Shown here piece by piece: positions 12,341 through 23,690 of a DNA stretch of 64,000 nt. The DNA lies in the NCBI GenBank assembly GCA_013239625.1, contig MU055886.1:930001-994000 (forward strand), given 5' to 3'. The DNA is from Lama guanicoe (lineage: Eukaryota). The position numbers and the translations under genes are program-made. Positions within the stretch are counted from its first letter, which is position 1, and each line of letters opens with the position of its first letter. The notes beneath the pieces were generated by a model. It saw only the letters and a program-made list of their open reading frames with translations, was not told where the DNA came from and made no database searches.

Positions 12341-15301
12341 CCAAGGCAGTGGAGACCCCTGGGTTCTTGATATCTATAGCAAGTTACAGCATTGTTTCTC
12401 CATCCTGCCCACCTGCAGTTGGCCCTGTGGAAAGTCAGTGGACTTCCCGAAGGCCTCTGTCCCTTCCTGGCTTGCCCTCAGGGCTGAGAGGCACACACCC
12501 AGCCCCCTCACCTGGCAGATGGGAAGTATGGTCTTGAGAGAGCTTCAAGGGCCCTGAGATTATGAAATCACTGGGCCAGGAACGAGGTTAATATTTTTAA
12601 TGGCAAAGGGTGAGCCCCATTATTTCCCCAGCTCATTAATCAATGGTGGAACCCGTTTTACCTGTTAAGTGCCCTGTGTGGGGAGTTCATGAATGGGAAT
12701 CCAATTTTCTGTTTAAAACCCAAGCTACCTCTCCCCTTCTTAAATCCGGGAGGCGGTTCTGGGGAGGGTGTCAGTATTTTATAGCAGATCTTTTCTTAGG
12801 TGGAAAAGTCTGTGGGCAGCCTTTGAGAGCCCTCCCTGCCTTACCAAGCCAACTCACCTGGCCAGGGATGCAGGAAAGCAGTCCCTGAGCTGGAGACGCT
12901 AGTCCTGACAGCTCTAGGGCCAGAATGGATGGGAACTGGGAGCTCAGGGCTATCGATTAAACCTGTTGCCCACAGATCGAAGAATGGACATGACAGAATT
13001 GTGGGGAGAGGGGGAATGTAGTCAGATCACTCAGGCGGACCAAGTCAGAGCCCTTTCAAATTGGTTGGTCAGCTGGGACAACGTCTCCAGGGGAGTGCAT
13101 TCTTCTGGGGTCTGTGGGTTGAAAGTACCCCCTCCCCAGTTAGGTGGCTTAGTTACTTGTGTTATCCTCACCCAAGAACTGGGCATGATAGAGCACCCAT
13201 AAAGGTGATGGGGTGCTCCCTTTGATCTTAGGAAAGCACTGCTTTGAGTTATTCCCGGATCCTGCCCCCACCTTAGGCACCATCACTACCACCTCTGGGG
13301 TATGAAGGCTCATAGGGATGTCAAACTGGCCACCCTGACCCCAGGACCCCTCCTCTACAGACAGAACATCTTTGGTTCCTCCAGTCCTCGTTGCATGTGT
13401 GGACACTTGGTTTTTTCCAGTCCTGCTTGGCTTACCCTAACAAGATGAAAAATGAACCATTGTACCACAAAATCCACTCCCATTTTGCAATGAGAAAAAT
13501 GAGATTTACTTTACAGTCACCTTTGAAAATAACAAGAACTTACTGCATGCTGGGAATGCCCAAGTATTAATTCTTATTAATGAAGCAGGGGGCAGCGTTC
13601 AGGTTCATCTTCTGACTCTCATTCCCCTCCTGCGCTGAGTGATGATTCTGTGTGCAGAGGTTTGGGGATGTGGGGAGGGGGCCCTGGGGCCTCTCCACTG
13701 CCTCATGGCTGCTGCGAACACCTTCACAACAACACTGGTGCTCATTCCCTCTAATGTAAGGACCTGCCTGCTCTGTCCTGTGCTACTTTTGGTGGTAGGT
13801 TGTGGGGAGTAGGAGCAGATAGGATCCCTGGCAGGAAGGAGGAGGCAGTAGGGGATGGAGGGATGTAATTGCTGGAAGCTGAGCACATAGCTGGCTGCTT
13901 CCCCAGGTGTGGCCCGGGCAGGTTGCAGGTGTGATCCAGTCATGGGTGGCTGAGGAAGAGGAAGAGAGACTTCTAGCACCCAGCTGACTGAGGGAGTGTC
14001 AGGGGTGGCCCTTGCCCAGGGTTGGCACATCTGAGCCAAACTGGCAGCACTTCCTCTTCTTCCTTTCAAACCTCCCGTCAGAGATTTCCTCCTGCTGTTG
14101 GGAAGGGACCCAGGATTTTCGAAACTCATGCAACAGGCCGTAGGTGGCACAGAAGAGCCAAAGGTTTGGAGGGTGTCTGGTCGGAGTTGAAACCTGCACT
14201 GCCTTGTGTGCTCTGAGGCCTCCAGGAAACTACAAAACCTCCCTGGGCTTCATTTTCTCATCTGAAAATGATGTAATTAGGAGAATGAAATAAGACGACA
14301 TATAAAATAGCAGTCTTGCCTGCCACATGGTAGGCATTCCCTTCATCATCAGCATCACCTCCGAGCCCCTTGCCAGTTCTGATCCTCTAGCATGCTCAGG
14401 CTCTTGGAGGGGCCTGGTCTCAGGGCCTCAGGTCCCTGCAGAGAAGTGTGTGAAGACAGGAAGCTGATGGTGGGTTGGGGATGTCTCTTGATGGTGCAAG
14501 GAGATGGGTCTCCCCAGTCACTTGATTAACACAACAGCAGTGGTGCTCTTTTGAAATTGATAAATCTGGGACTCCGTTGAAGATGCCTTTGCCTCTCTTT
14601 AAAAAAGATAGGACCTTTCTGGTAGCGGGTGACTTATGACCTTTGGAAGGGGATTTTACAACGTGAACCAATAATTAGGGCCATTTCGTTGCTTGATTCA
14701 TAAAGCTACTGTCAAGTGCAGCATTGGCATTTCGTGGAGGCCCGTCCTCTGTGGTCTAGAATGTGCCCTTGGAGTGAAGGCAGGGAAAGCCAGCCCCCTT
14801 AAGTGGTGGATGTACACCAGACCATTGAAACCCAAAGGAGGGCTTCAGTTTTGAGATAGTGCTGGAAGTACTGAAATGCCCATGTGTTCCAGAGTTTCCC
14901 CCCAAAACACAGTGACCTCCAATGGATTTAGAAAAATAAAAAGTTAGGGAGTTTTTTTATGAAGCTAAATTCATTTACTTTAAAGGACTTTGCTTTATTC
15001 TCAATTTTCTTTTTATTGTTTTTGTTATTGTTCTTTCCTTTAGAAAATGCAGGTGAGGACAGGTGACAGCTGGATTTCTTATAGTGTTGTGATCCTGTGT
15101 CTTTTCACCTCCTTTTTTGTAATTAGAGTTGTCTCTGAAATCCAGAATTCCAGCCCCAAGGACCCACCCTAACTTTCCCATTTTACAGATTGGGAAACTG
15201 ACAAGGAGTGTGACTTAGCTAATGGTGCCCAGCTGGAGAGAGGAAGGGGTTAGAGTTTGGGCCTCAAGCTCCCCATGGAAACTTCTTGATGTGGAAGACA
15301 T

Positions 15302-15465
15302 CAGAATCAGCTGTAGAATTTATGGGGTCCACCCGATACAAAATTAGAATCCGCAGGCCCCTTGTTCAAAAATTACTAATAATTTCAAGATGGCGACAGT
15401 AGAGCATTAGTCAAGTCAGAGCCCTGTGTGACTGCAGAGGCCACATGCCCATGAGGCTGGCCCCG
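15302..15465 (-). mobile_element. MER45A-like hAT-Tip100 element
   Basis: ggccccttgttcaaaaattactaataatttcaagatggcgacagtagagcatta...ccctgtgtgactgca...gcccatgaggctggcccc. Confidence 0.8.
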
Positions 15466-16139
15466 AGCATCATAAATGTCAAACTCCCTGAAGTACTGGC
15501 ATTTTAAAATACCAACCTATAGTAATTAACTCAAGAAATAAAATGCACTGTGCTGTGTCTTTGAAATTCCCTGAAATCCCCACTTAGAGCATTTCCTCTG
15601 CTCTCCATAGCCATCTGTGAAGAAGCCTGAGGTTAGAGAAAGAAGCCAGTGGGAGGAACTATAGAGGTGAGGCCTTTTATAAACCTGGAGGAAGGAGGCA
15701 GGATAGGGGGTGGTTATCAGGACTTTTTCTGCCATCTCACCCGCTAGTGTTTGCTCTGGTGGCTCCATTATCTCCAGCGAAGGGTGTCATGCATCACTGA
15801 GGGCCAGTGGGTCTGGGGTCACCTGTCACAGGAGCCTGGGCCAGGCAGATAACTGGGCTGGTACAAAAGACCAGGGTTCACGGCCACAGCTGTTGGTCAA
15901 TGCCTTCGCTGGACTTTGCTCACTGGATTTTTTTTGGTTTAGGGCAGACCACAGCCCTTCTCTTTGCCTGTTGGCTATGATAGAGGGCACACATCTAACC
16001 TCACAGCACATCTGGAAAAAACAAATGGAGGCCTGCTGGAGCCCGCGGGTAGGCAGGCACATGTGCCTTCATGGACATGCACGTACATGCATGTCTAGGT
16101 GTAGGTGCACGTGCTAGGCGTTCATGTATATATTTACTT

Positions 16140-16350
16140 ATTTTATTTACCAAACTCTTAAATAATCCTTATCTTGTGCTGTGTGCATGGTTCTAAGCAT
16201 TCAACAAATGTTAAGACACTTAATTCTCATAGCAACCTCATAAGGTAAATCTTAGTACTATTTCCACCTTGTAAGTGAGGAAACAGGACCAAGAGTAAGT
16301 CATGTGACTTGCCTAAGGTCATGCAGCCAGTTAGTGGCCCAGCCAGGAAG
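16140..16350 (-). mobile_element. MIR SINE
   Basis: acttaattctcatagcaacctcataaggta...gtgaggaaacagg...gtgacttgcctaaggtcatgcagccagttagtggc. Confidence 0.7.
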
Positions 16351-16769
16351 CATGCAGGTGCTTCAGTGAAAACTGCTTGTTTCTAATGCCCTAAGCACTA
16401 GTGCCCCTTATCGGCATGGATGTCAGGCATCCCCCTGGAGAGAAATGTCCCAAAAGATGCTCTGTTGATTCATTAAGTCATTGACTCATCGAGCATTTAT
16501 TTGGACCCGATTCCATGATTCTGTATAGTCCCCATTGGAGTTGCAAAGCCATTATCTGCCCACAGCTTCATGAGGGGGGTATGACAGGGAGATTCTTCTT
16601 CCCATTTCACAAATGAGGAAACTGAAACTCAAAGGACAGCAGTGATGTGGTCAGGCCTGGGGCCAAGAGGGACAGGAGCCTGGGTCGATCTAATGGGCCC
16701 TCATATTGCTTCATTTGGGGGTAAACTACCAGGTGTGAGGCTCTTCCCAGCCCCAGGCAACCGATGCTG

Positions 16770-17165
16770 TCAGGCCCCACCAAGTCCCTCCTGCTCGCCA
16801 GTCAGCCCTTCTCCAGCTGGCTGGTATCCACATTTCTGCCCAAGGGCTTCACGCAGAACCTGGAATGAGGCAGCCACTTGTGAGGCAGGCCAGAGGTCGG
16901 GGCCCAAGAGCAGCCTCCAACAGTGATGAGCACGAGTTAGCTGGTGTCTGGTCCCCAATCCCCTCGCCCTTGGTAAAGTGATTCTGAGCAGTGGGTTGTG
17001 TACGGTTTCCCAGTTTCCCTGTGGAGTGGTGCTCGGTTGTCCACCTTGGTAGCTACTGCGTTCCCCTCCGCTGCCCATTTCCTCATCTCTTGTAAGTGTC
17101 AGCTCCCAAATAAACTGCTTGCACCTGAGTCCCAGCTTCAGGGTCTGGGGAACCCAGACTAAGGT
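16770..17165 (+). mobile_element. LTR16-like ERVL solo LTR
   Basis: gagcagcctccaacagtgatg...ccctcgccct...ctcccaaataaactgcttgcacctgagtcc...cagggtctggggaacccagactaag matches the LTR16 3' end, with AATAAA at 17109-17114. Confidence 0.7.
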
Positions 17166-20100
17166 ACCTGGCCTGTGGCATGTCAGAGGTAGAATAACAT
17201 CCTTTTCGAGTTCTCCAGTGCCTTCGGCTGTGCCAACAGAGTGTGCTGGCCATTGTGTTATCCCTTGGTCCATTGACTCAGTCTCCTTCTACCCCTGGAG
17301 AAAGGTGTTTTCCTGTGAAGGTGGGAGAGCTCAGGCTCAGAGAAGAGGACATACCCAGAGCCCCACAGCTGATTAAGAAGCCAGGAAGCGCTGAAGCTCC
17401 AGTCTCTGAGTCCAGTACTGCCCTGTACGTCCCTGCAGGCCCCAGCTCCTGCCCAGCACACCTTGTGGGGGCTCTGCTGTGCCCCAGAGGCTGGCTGCTG
17501 TGTGGAGGGAACCTGCCTCCCAGCAAAGAGCTTATCACCTGGCACACCATAAACATGGAGTATTGAACAAGCCACTGACACTGTTACAGGCGTATGACAT
17601 TGCAAAGCTCTGTCCTCAGTAACTTTCCCATACATTAGGAGGGTGCCAAGTACATATAAGAAAAAGTGCTTTGAGGTTCAAGGACAGCTTCTTGGCCTAG
17701 AGGACAGCACGTGAGAAAGAGTTAATCAAAGCTTGGTTGCTGGAGGATTCAAGAAGTTGCATTATTTTAAAAAGTGAATCACCATTTATTGAGCACCGGC
17801 TATTAAGCTGAATATAATTGGAAACCCTCAAATACGGTGGTGGTGATGTTGGTGGTAATTATGGCCGATGCTTCGTGTCCTCAATAAAAAGCCAGTGACT
17901 CTGGGGGTGGGCAGCTATTTGGTGCTGCTCGTGTCTGAAAGGCAGTCGGCCTGGCCTGCCTTGAGGCTCCCATGTTGGAAATGTGCATGACTCATCCTAA
18001 TGGGCCTCATTCGGAGAGAAGACCCTTGGCTTAGTACGAGTCCTGCACCACTGTTGCTGATTATTGAAATGCACTGTGCCAGCCTGAGCCCTCTCTCCCC
18101 TTAATCTCGGCCCTGAGCACAGAGCACATGCTGGTGGGAAGGCCATTCCTGCTCACTCCTGGGCCCTGCACAGGGCTCAGAGGTCCAATTTCCAGAGGTG
18201 CTGCAGCCCTCAGGAAAGGCCTTGGTTTCTAGGTGCTGTGTTTTTGCTTCACATACTTTTCCTGTGAGTCCACTGAAAAAGTTGTTCTTACTAGACAGAG
18301 CCTCCTATTTACCGTGAGAAAGCCTCACGGGCATTCCCAATTGTTTCCTGGGAAGGGAGTTGCAGATGGGACGGAAAAACAGCTCAAATTCAGCCGTTTA
18401 AAACCCGTTTTGGAAATAGGCAGGCTGTAAATATATATGTAGGTTACCAAATGACAGGTTCTCGTGCGGCTGGGATTTGGTAGGAGTCCGGTTTTGTCAC
18501 CCTGCTACTAAGCATTCTATTCCTGGATATCTGGGTGACCTCCACAGGACCCTTCCCCTTCCCTGGCCTTGGTTTCCTCCTCAGTAAGAGGAGAGAATCC
18601 ATCAGGTTGGATGATGGGTTGAGATGATGATAGTTGCATGATAATTGCAACTGATGTTTCTTGGGTTCTTGCTGTGTGCCGGGCCCTTTCTAAGTGCATC
18701 ACTCAGAATGGCTCATTGAGTCCTCATCCCGTTGTCATTGTATAGATGAAGAAGCTCCGGCACAGAGAGGTAACTGACTTTCAGATCCTGATGCGACAGT
18801 CTCCTATCCTTCCAGCCCTGAGTGCCCTGCAAGGGAAAGAAGAAGATCTCGGTCTTATCCTTCATGTCCCTCGTCTGATCTGTGAGCACTTTCTAGGGAG
18901 TGGCCCCAAACACCAGGAGGGCACCTGTTCCCCCTTGAGCAGAAAGCTTGGAAAAGGGACTGTCAGGGGAGGTTGATGGGGTTTGGAGGAGGACTGGGCA
19001 GTGTTGAGCCAGAGCTCCGGGGAGGACGAAGGAAGGCCCAGTGGGTGACCCCAGGTGGGCTGAGCCTGGCCTGGCACCCACCTGCCACAGGGAACTGTGG
19101 GTGGGGATGCGGGTGAGGTTGGAGGTCTTTGCAAGAGGAGCTAGGGGGCTTTTCCTGAGGGGTGGGTATGTCTGAAATTTTTAGGAAAGATTTCAAGAGA
19201 AAAATTAGATAGCCATCCAAGTATTGCAGAAACCATGTGGACCTGGGAATGAGGAAACATTTGGTTATCTGTTTATGACATTGACCTTTACTCCCAGGAC
19301 CTTCTGCTCCCCAGTGGATTCATGCTTTTCAGGCTATGGATAGTGGTGCATTATTGGGATTCCAGGTGAGATTTCCTTTGCACAGATTACACACATAAAA
19401 GTTTGAAACCCACAGGGCTAGACTGTCTCCAGGGTCCCTTTAGCTCTAACCTTACCTGTAATGACGCCACAGACCCCCGGGTGCTTCTGTCCTTGGGAGG
19501 AATGCACTGAATTCTCTATCCATAGCCCTGGCTGAAAGCAGTTAAGAAATTCCAGGATTGAGCTATTTCTGTGTTCAAAATAGAACCTCCCACTGCTTGA
19601 GAGATGCTGAGAAGCTGGTCCCTGCCACATAACAGTGAGGTTCTGGGGTAAACAGGGCCGTGCCAGGCTCTGCTCCAGCAGCCTCCCACCTGGAACCCAC
19701 AGCCTTCTCCACAGGGTGAAACTGAAGGAGGGTGGGGTGTGCGGGTGAGTAGGGGGGAGGCGAGCAAGCAGGGCCCTAGAGGCGCTGACAGAGGCTGTAA
19801 TTTAGAATGCATTTTTCCCCGACAAGTTGGAGCCTGCAGGTGTCTAAGCAAGCAGCTGTGGCCGTGGGAGGGGTAGGACTGGAAAGACCAGTGGAGACCA
19901 CCGCCTCCTGACATGTGGGCCAGGTAACTGGCTAGTTTGTAAAGAAGCGTTTGCAGTAAAGCACCCAAGGTCTGCACGAAGAAACACATGGCAGCTACTT
20001 GAGTACTGACGGCTGTCCCAAATGACTGAACCGTGAAGCCAGATGGACAAAACACCTGGCCGCCATGTATGAAAGTGGGGCCTAGAACTTTGAGGTGACT

Positions 20101-20789
20101 CTGCATGTCTGAGTCAGACCTTAGAGGAGAGAAAGGGAACCAGTCCTCAGAGGTCGGTGTGGAAAAACACCCTCCCCACCATCTGATTTCCAGGAGTTTC
20201 AGCTGAATGTGTGAATGTAGCTAATTAATCTTGCCCAAATTAATTTTTTTGCTGTGTCAGAAATGATTAATTAGTGCTCCTGTAAGGAGAGTTGGTGTAT
20301 GATGGTCAAAGCCAGGGACAGAACGAGGCGAGCGAGGGCTGCTTGCTTGTGTCTGTCCCTGTACAGCCTGGTTCTGTGGCACCCCCACCCCCCACTCCAG
20401 AGACCTGGACACAGGTGGGGACCAGGAGCACCCTGCCGTCTCAGCACACAGGGGTTAGGGGAGGGCCCTGAGGTTCTCTACCTCTTAGCCAGGTGGCCCA
20501 ACTGGGAGGTGTCTCTTACCATAGCACAAGAGGGGAAAAAAGATCGTTCACAAGCATTTTTCCTTTTGTGGTTGAGAAATGTGACAGCTGTTGTCATGCC
20601 TAATTGCAGCCAATTTTCTCTGTGTAATCACTGCGCCCTTGATGGGGGTTTCTTCTCAGGTCTTTGTTTTGTCTTCCCCACTAGATTTTCAGCTTCTTGT
20701 GGGCAGAGACACCAGCACTTAACTCAATCCTGGGCACCCGGGAGCTGTCACCATAGCCTGTTCTTTATAAACTACTGACACAACCCCAG

Positions 20790-20925
20790 AACATCTCATT
20801 ATTTGCTATTCATGACAGTCATGTGAAGCTGAGAAAGCAATTTGGCCCCATTTCACAGATGAGTTGCTGAAGCTCAAAGAGATAAAGCAGAGTTACCCAG
20901 CAAGGGTATAGTAGAGCCAGCTCGG
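20790..20925 (-). mobile_element. MIR fragment
   Basis: ccccatttcacagatgagttgctgaagctcaaagagataaagcagagttacc. Confidence 0.55.
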
Positions 20926-22902
20926 CTCCAGAACTGCCTGGGCTGTTCCTGCTTGGCGCTGTCCTTTCTGGGGTGCCACTTGTCTTTCTGTGTGTTTGCA
21001 CAGCCCCAGCAGTTTCCGCAGCCCACCTGCCACTGTCCAGCTCTGGGGCTTTGGAAACACCACCTGCCTCGGTCATGATGGGGGTTCTGCAAACAGCCAC
21101 CCACCTAGGCCTTCCCTGAAGCTGAAGTTCTGCTGTGGGGCAGCCAAAACTGTGCTAAATGTGACAGCACAGATAGGTGTTATCCAGTTAGTCTTCCCAA
21201 AGCAGACGCCCACCTTAGAGCTTCTGCTTGGACACCCAAATGGCAGAAGCTCCTGTTCCCAGGCAGCGAGTCCTTTTATTGGCTGTTGGATGTTCTTCCT
21301 GACTCACTAAGCTAGCTTCTGTATAATCTGGGTCCGTGCAGAACATCTGTCCACTGCCTCCTCTCTGGGCAGCCCCCGGTCATTGGAAGCCCTTTCCAGA
21401 CCCCCAGATCCCTGTTTCATTAGCACCATCTCTTGGTTGGCGTGGCAGCAGAGGCTCCATCTTGGGGGACATCTGGCCTGCCAGGACCTGTGTCACAGTA
21501 GGTCCCAAAGGAAGACCAGGACTCCAGTCTGCCAGTCCCCAGATGGGGGCAGAGGCATGGACCCATCTGGTTGCTGCTGCCATCTCATGCCCTGCGAGCT
21601 GTTTGCTCACCTTCAAAGAGCCCTCCTGGCCCCTAAAGTGGGGAAGAGGGCCGGGTTGCCTCTGTGTGGCTCCTGGGTTTCAAGCTGGCAAGCCAAGATG
21701 AAGTGCCCAAGGCTGTCCCTTCATAGTACCCCCGCCCAGCTTGCCCTGCGGCCCCGCACAGCGAGATAGCCAGTTATATACCATTCCGTATTTTCAGTTG
21801 CGTATGATGAATTGCGATAGAGTCAGCACTCGCTGCCTTGCCTAAGGCTGAGAGAGTACATCTCATCTTAGCTGTTTTTTTAAAGTAGCTCTAATGCCAG
21901 GGGGCTTGGTCATTTAATCTGGGGCTCCTGACCTTTCTCAAATGTGCCCAACACTTTGTGGGCCTATATAAACATAATGGAGGGAGCAACAACTTCATCA
22001 GTTACAAGATTCCCAAAGAGATCCATGACCCTCAAACCGTTAAGAAAGCTAACGCAGTCTTAATGGTGAATTGTTAAGGAAATGGCCCGACTGGGACCAT
22101 ATAGAACTTTCCCAGGTGTGTTCATATGCATTTTGCTTTGGAGGGGAGCAGAAAGAAGTCATGGGCCTGGAAAGGACCCAAGACCTCATGGGGTGCTGCC
22201 CCCTCACTTTCCAGGGCAAGGAGAACAGCCTAGAGTTGGGGAGACTTGTTCTTGCCTCATCCAGCAAGTGGCTAAGGGGGAGCCAGTTCCCACAGACAGT
22301 AGAGCACAGGAAGGTGAATGGGGCAGTGGAGACAGTGTGGGCCACGCACTCATGGAAGGTGGCGACTGCTTCTCCTTGTGTCCCTCCTTTTTAGCAAGTT
22401 TGAGTGATTTTAGCAGGGGTGCCTGTGCATTTCAGCAGTGTCTCTTCTCCACATTCCTGCCAGCCCTCCCTGGAGTGATCTTCCTGGAGAGTTTGCTGAG
22501 AGCCAGGTAGTCTTGGCTTGAAAGAGTCTGTGCTTCTAAACAGATTGCCTTGCACATGTTCACAGCCAGGATCAGCGTGGGCCTGGGCCTCCCTCGTGGG
22601 GCAGGGCAGGGTCTTGCCTCCCCCTGCTCAGGAGTGTTGCTCAATCTGGGCCAGCCCACAAGATTGCACAGAGGATGCCATTACCTCCACGTCTCAGATC
22701 CTGGAGATGGACCAATGCCTGTGGGATCACCTCACTCCAGTTTATCCGCAGGGAAGAAAGCAAGAGAGAGCTGCATTTAACACTGACTTCTTGCTTCACT
22801 TTAATGAATAGGGCTGAGAAATACCTGGGAAAATTGAAATTCCAGAGTAATATCTGGAGGTTTAGCTTTTGATTGGTGGGCCAGAGGGCTGGCTCTAGCT
22901 TA

Positions 22903-23033
22903 ACATTTCCTAAACTTTACTCATAAGAATCACCCAAGTTGCTTATTAAATATACAAATTATTGGGGCTAGGAATCTGCTTTTTTAAACAAAGGTTCCAG
23001 GCCATGCCTATCTTCAGGCAAGTTTGGGAAACA
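22903..23033. mobile_element. MER5/MER117-like hAT-Charlie MITE remnant
   Basis: catttcctaaacttt..ataagaatcacc...ggaatctgc...tcaggcaagtttgggaaaca; palindromic ends. Confidence 0.5.
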
Positions 23034-23169
23034 GTTTATCTATCTGTACCAAAAATAACCTGTGAAAAGGAGACTTTTAAAAGTTTGGTTTTGTGTATAT
23101 TACATTAGTAAGGCTTTTTGTTTGTTTGTTTGAAAAATGTGTTAACATTATAGACAAGTTTCCTTTTAT

Positions 23170-23690
23170 TTCTGCTCATTACCTCACTCCCAGTCCCCTC
23201 TCCTCCCAGAGGAGATACCAGTCTGAAGTGTCTGTCTCCCTAGACGTTTTCTTTACATTAAATAGAGATACAGGTTTCTGTTTTGTTTTTCATAAATAGG
23301 TATCATCTTGTATGTATCATTCTATAACCTGCTTACTTTCCATTCAGAGCTATGTCATGGAGAACTAAGTTAGTGCAGGTAGATAGCTATAGAGCGACTG
23401 CTTTTTTTTAACCTGCTGCATAATCCATAATATGAAACTGGCATGGTTTATTTAGCAGTTCCCCTTTGATGGATATAGCAGGGGCTCTTTATCACTTGCT
23501 CCAGGGAGCATCCTTGCCCATGTCTCCCTGTGCACATTTGGGAATAAGTACTGAAAAGTGAAGTCACTGGGTCAACCCATGTGCATTTTTGGATTTTAAT
23601 GGATTCTGCCCAAAGTTATCCTTCAAAGTGGCTCTGCCAATTCACCCTTCCACCCAGAGCCTGTGGAGAGGATCCAGTGCCCCACACAGG
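23170..23690 (-). mobile_element. Old L1 (L1ME-type) 3' fragment
   Basis: tttatttagcagttcccctttgatggata...aagtgaagtcactgggtcaa...caaagtggctctgccaattcacccttccacc. Confidence 0.65.

Noticed and set aside
21804-21851. Box C (ATGATGA) ... box D (CTGA) with GCTGCCTT partly complementary to 18S rRNA
   Set aside because: No terminal stem, span too short, only 8 nt of complementarity, and it is not adjacent to box D.
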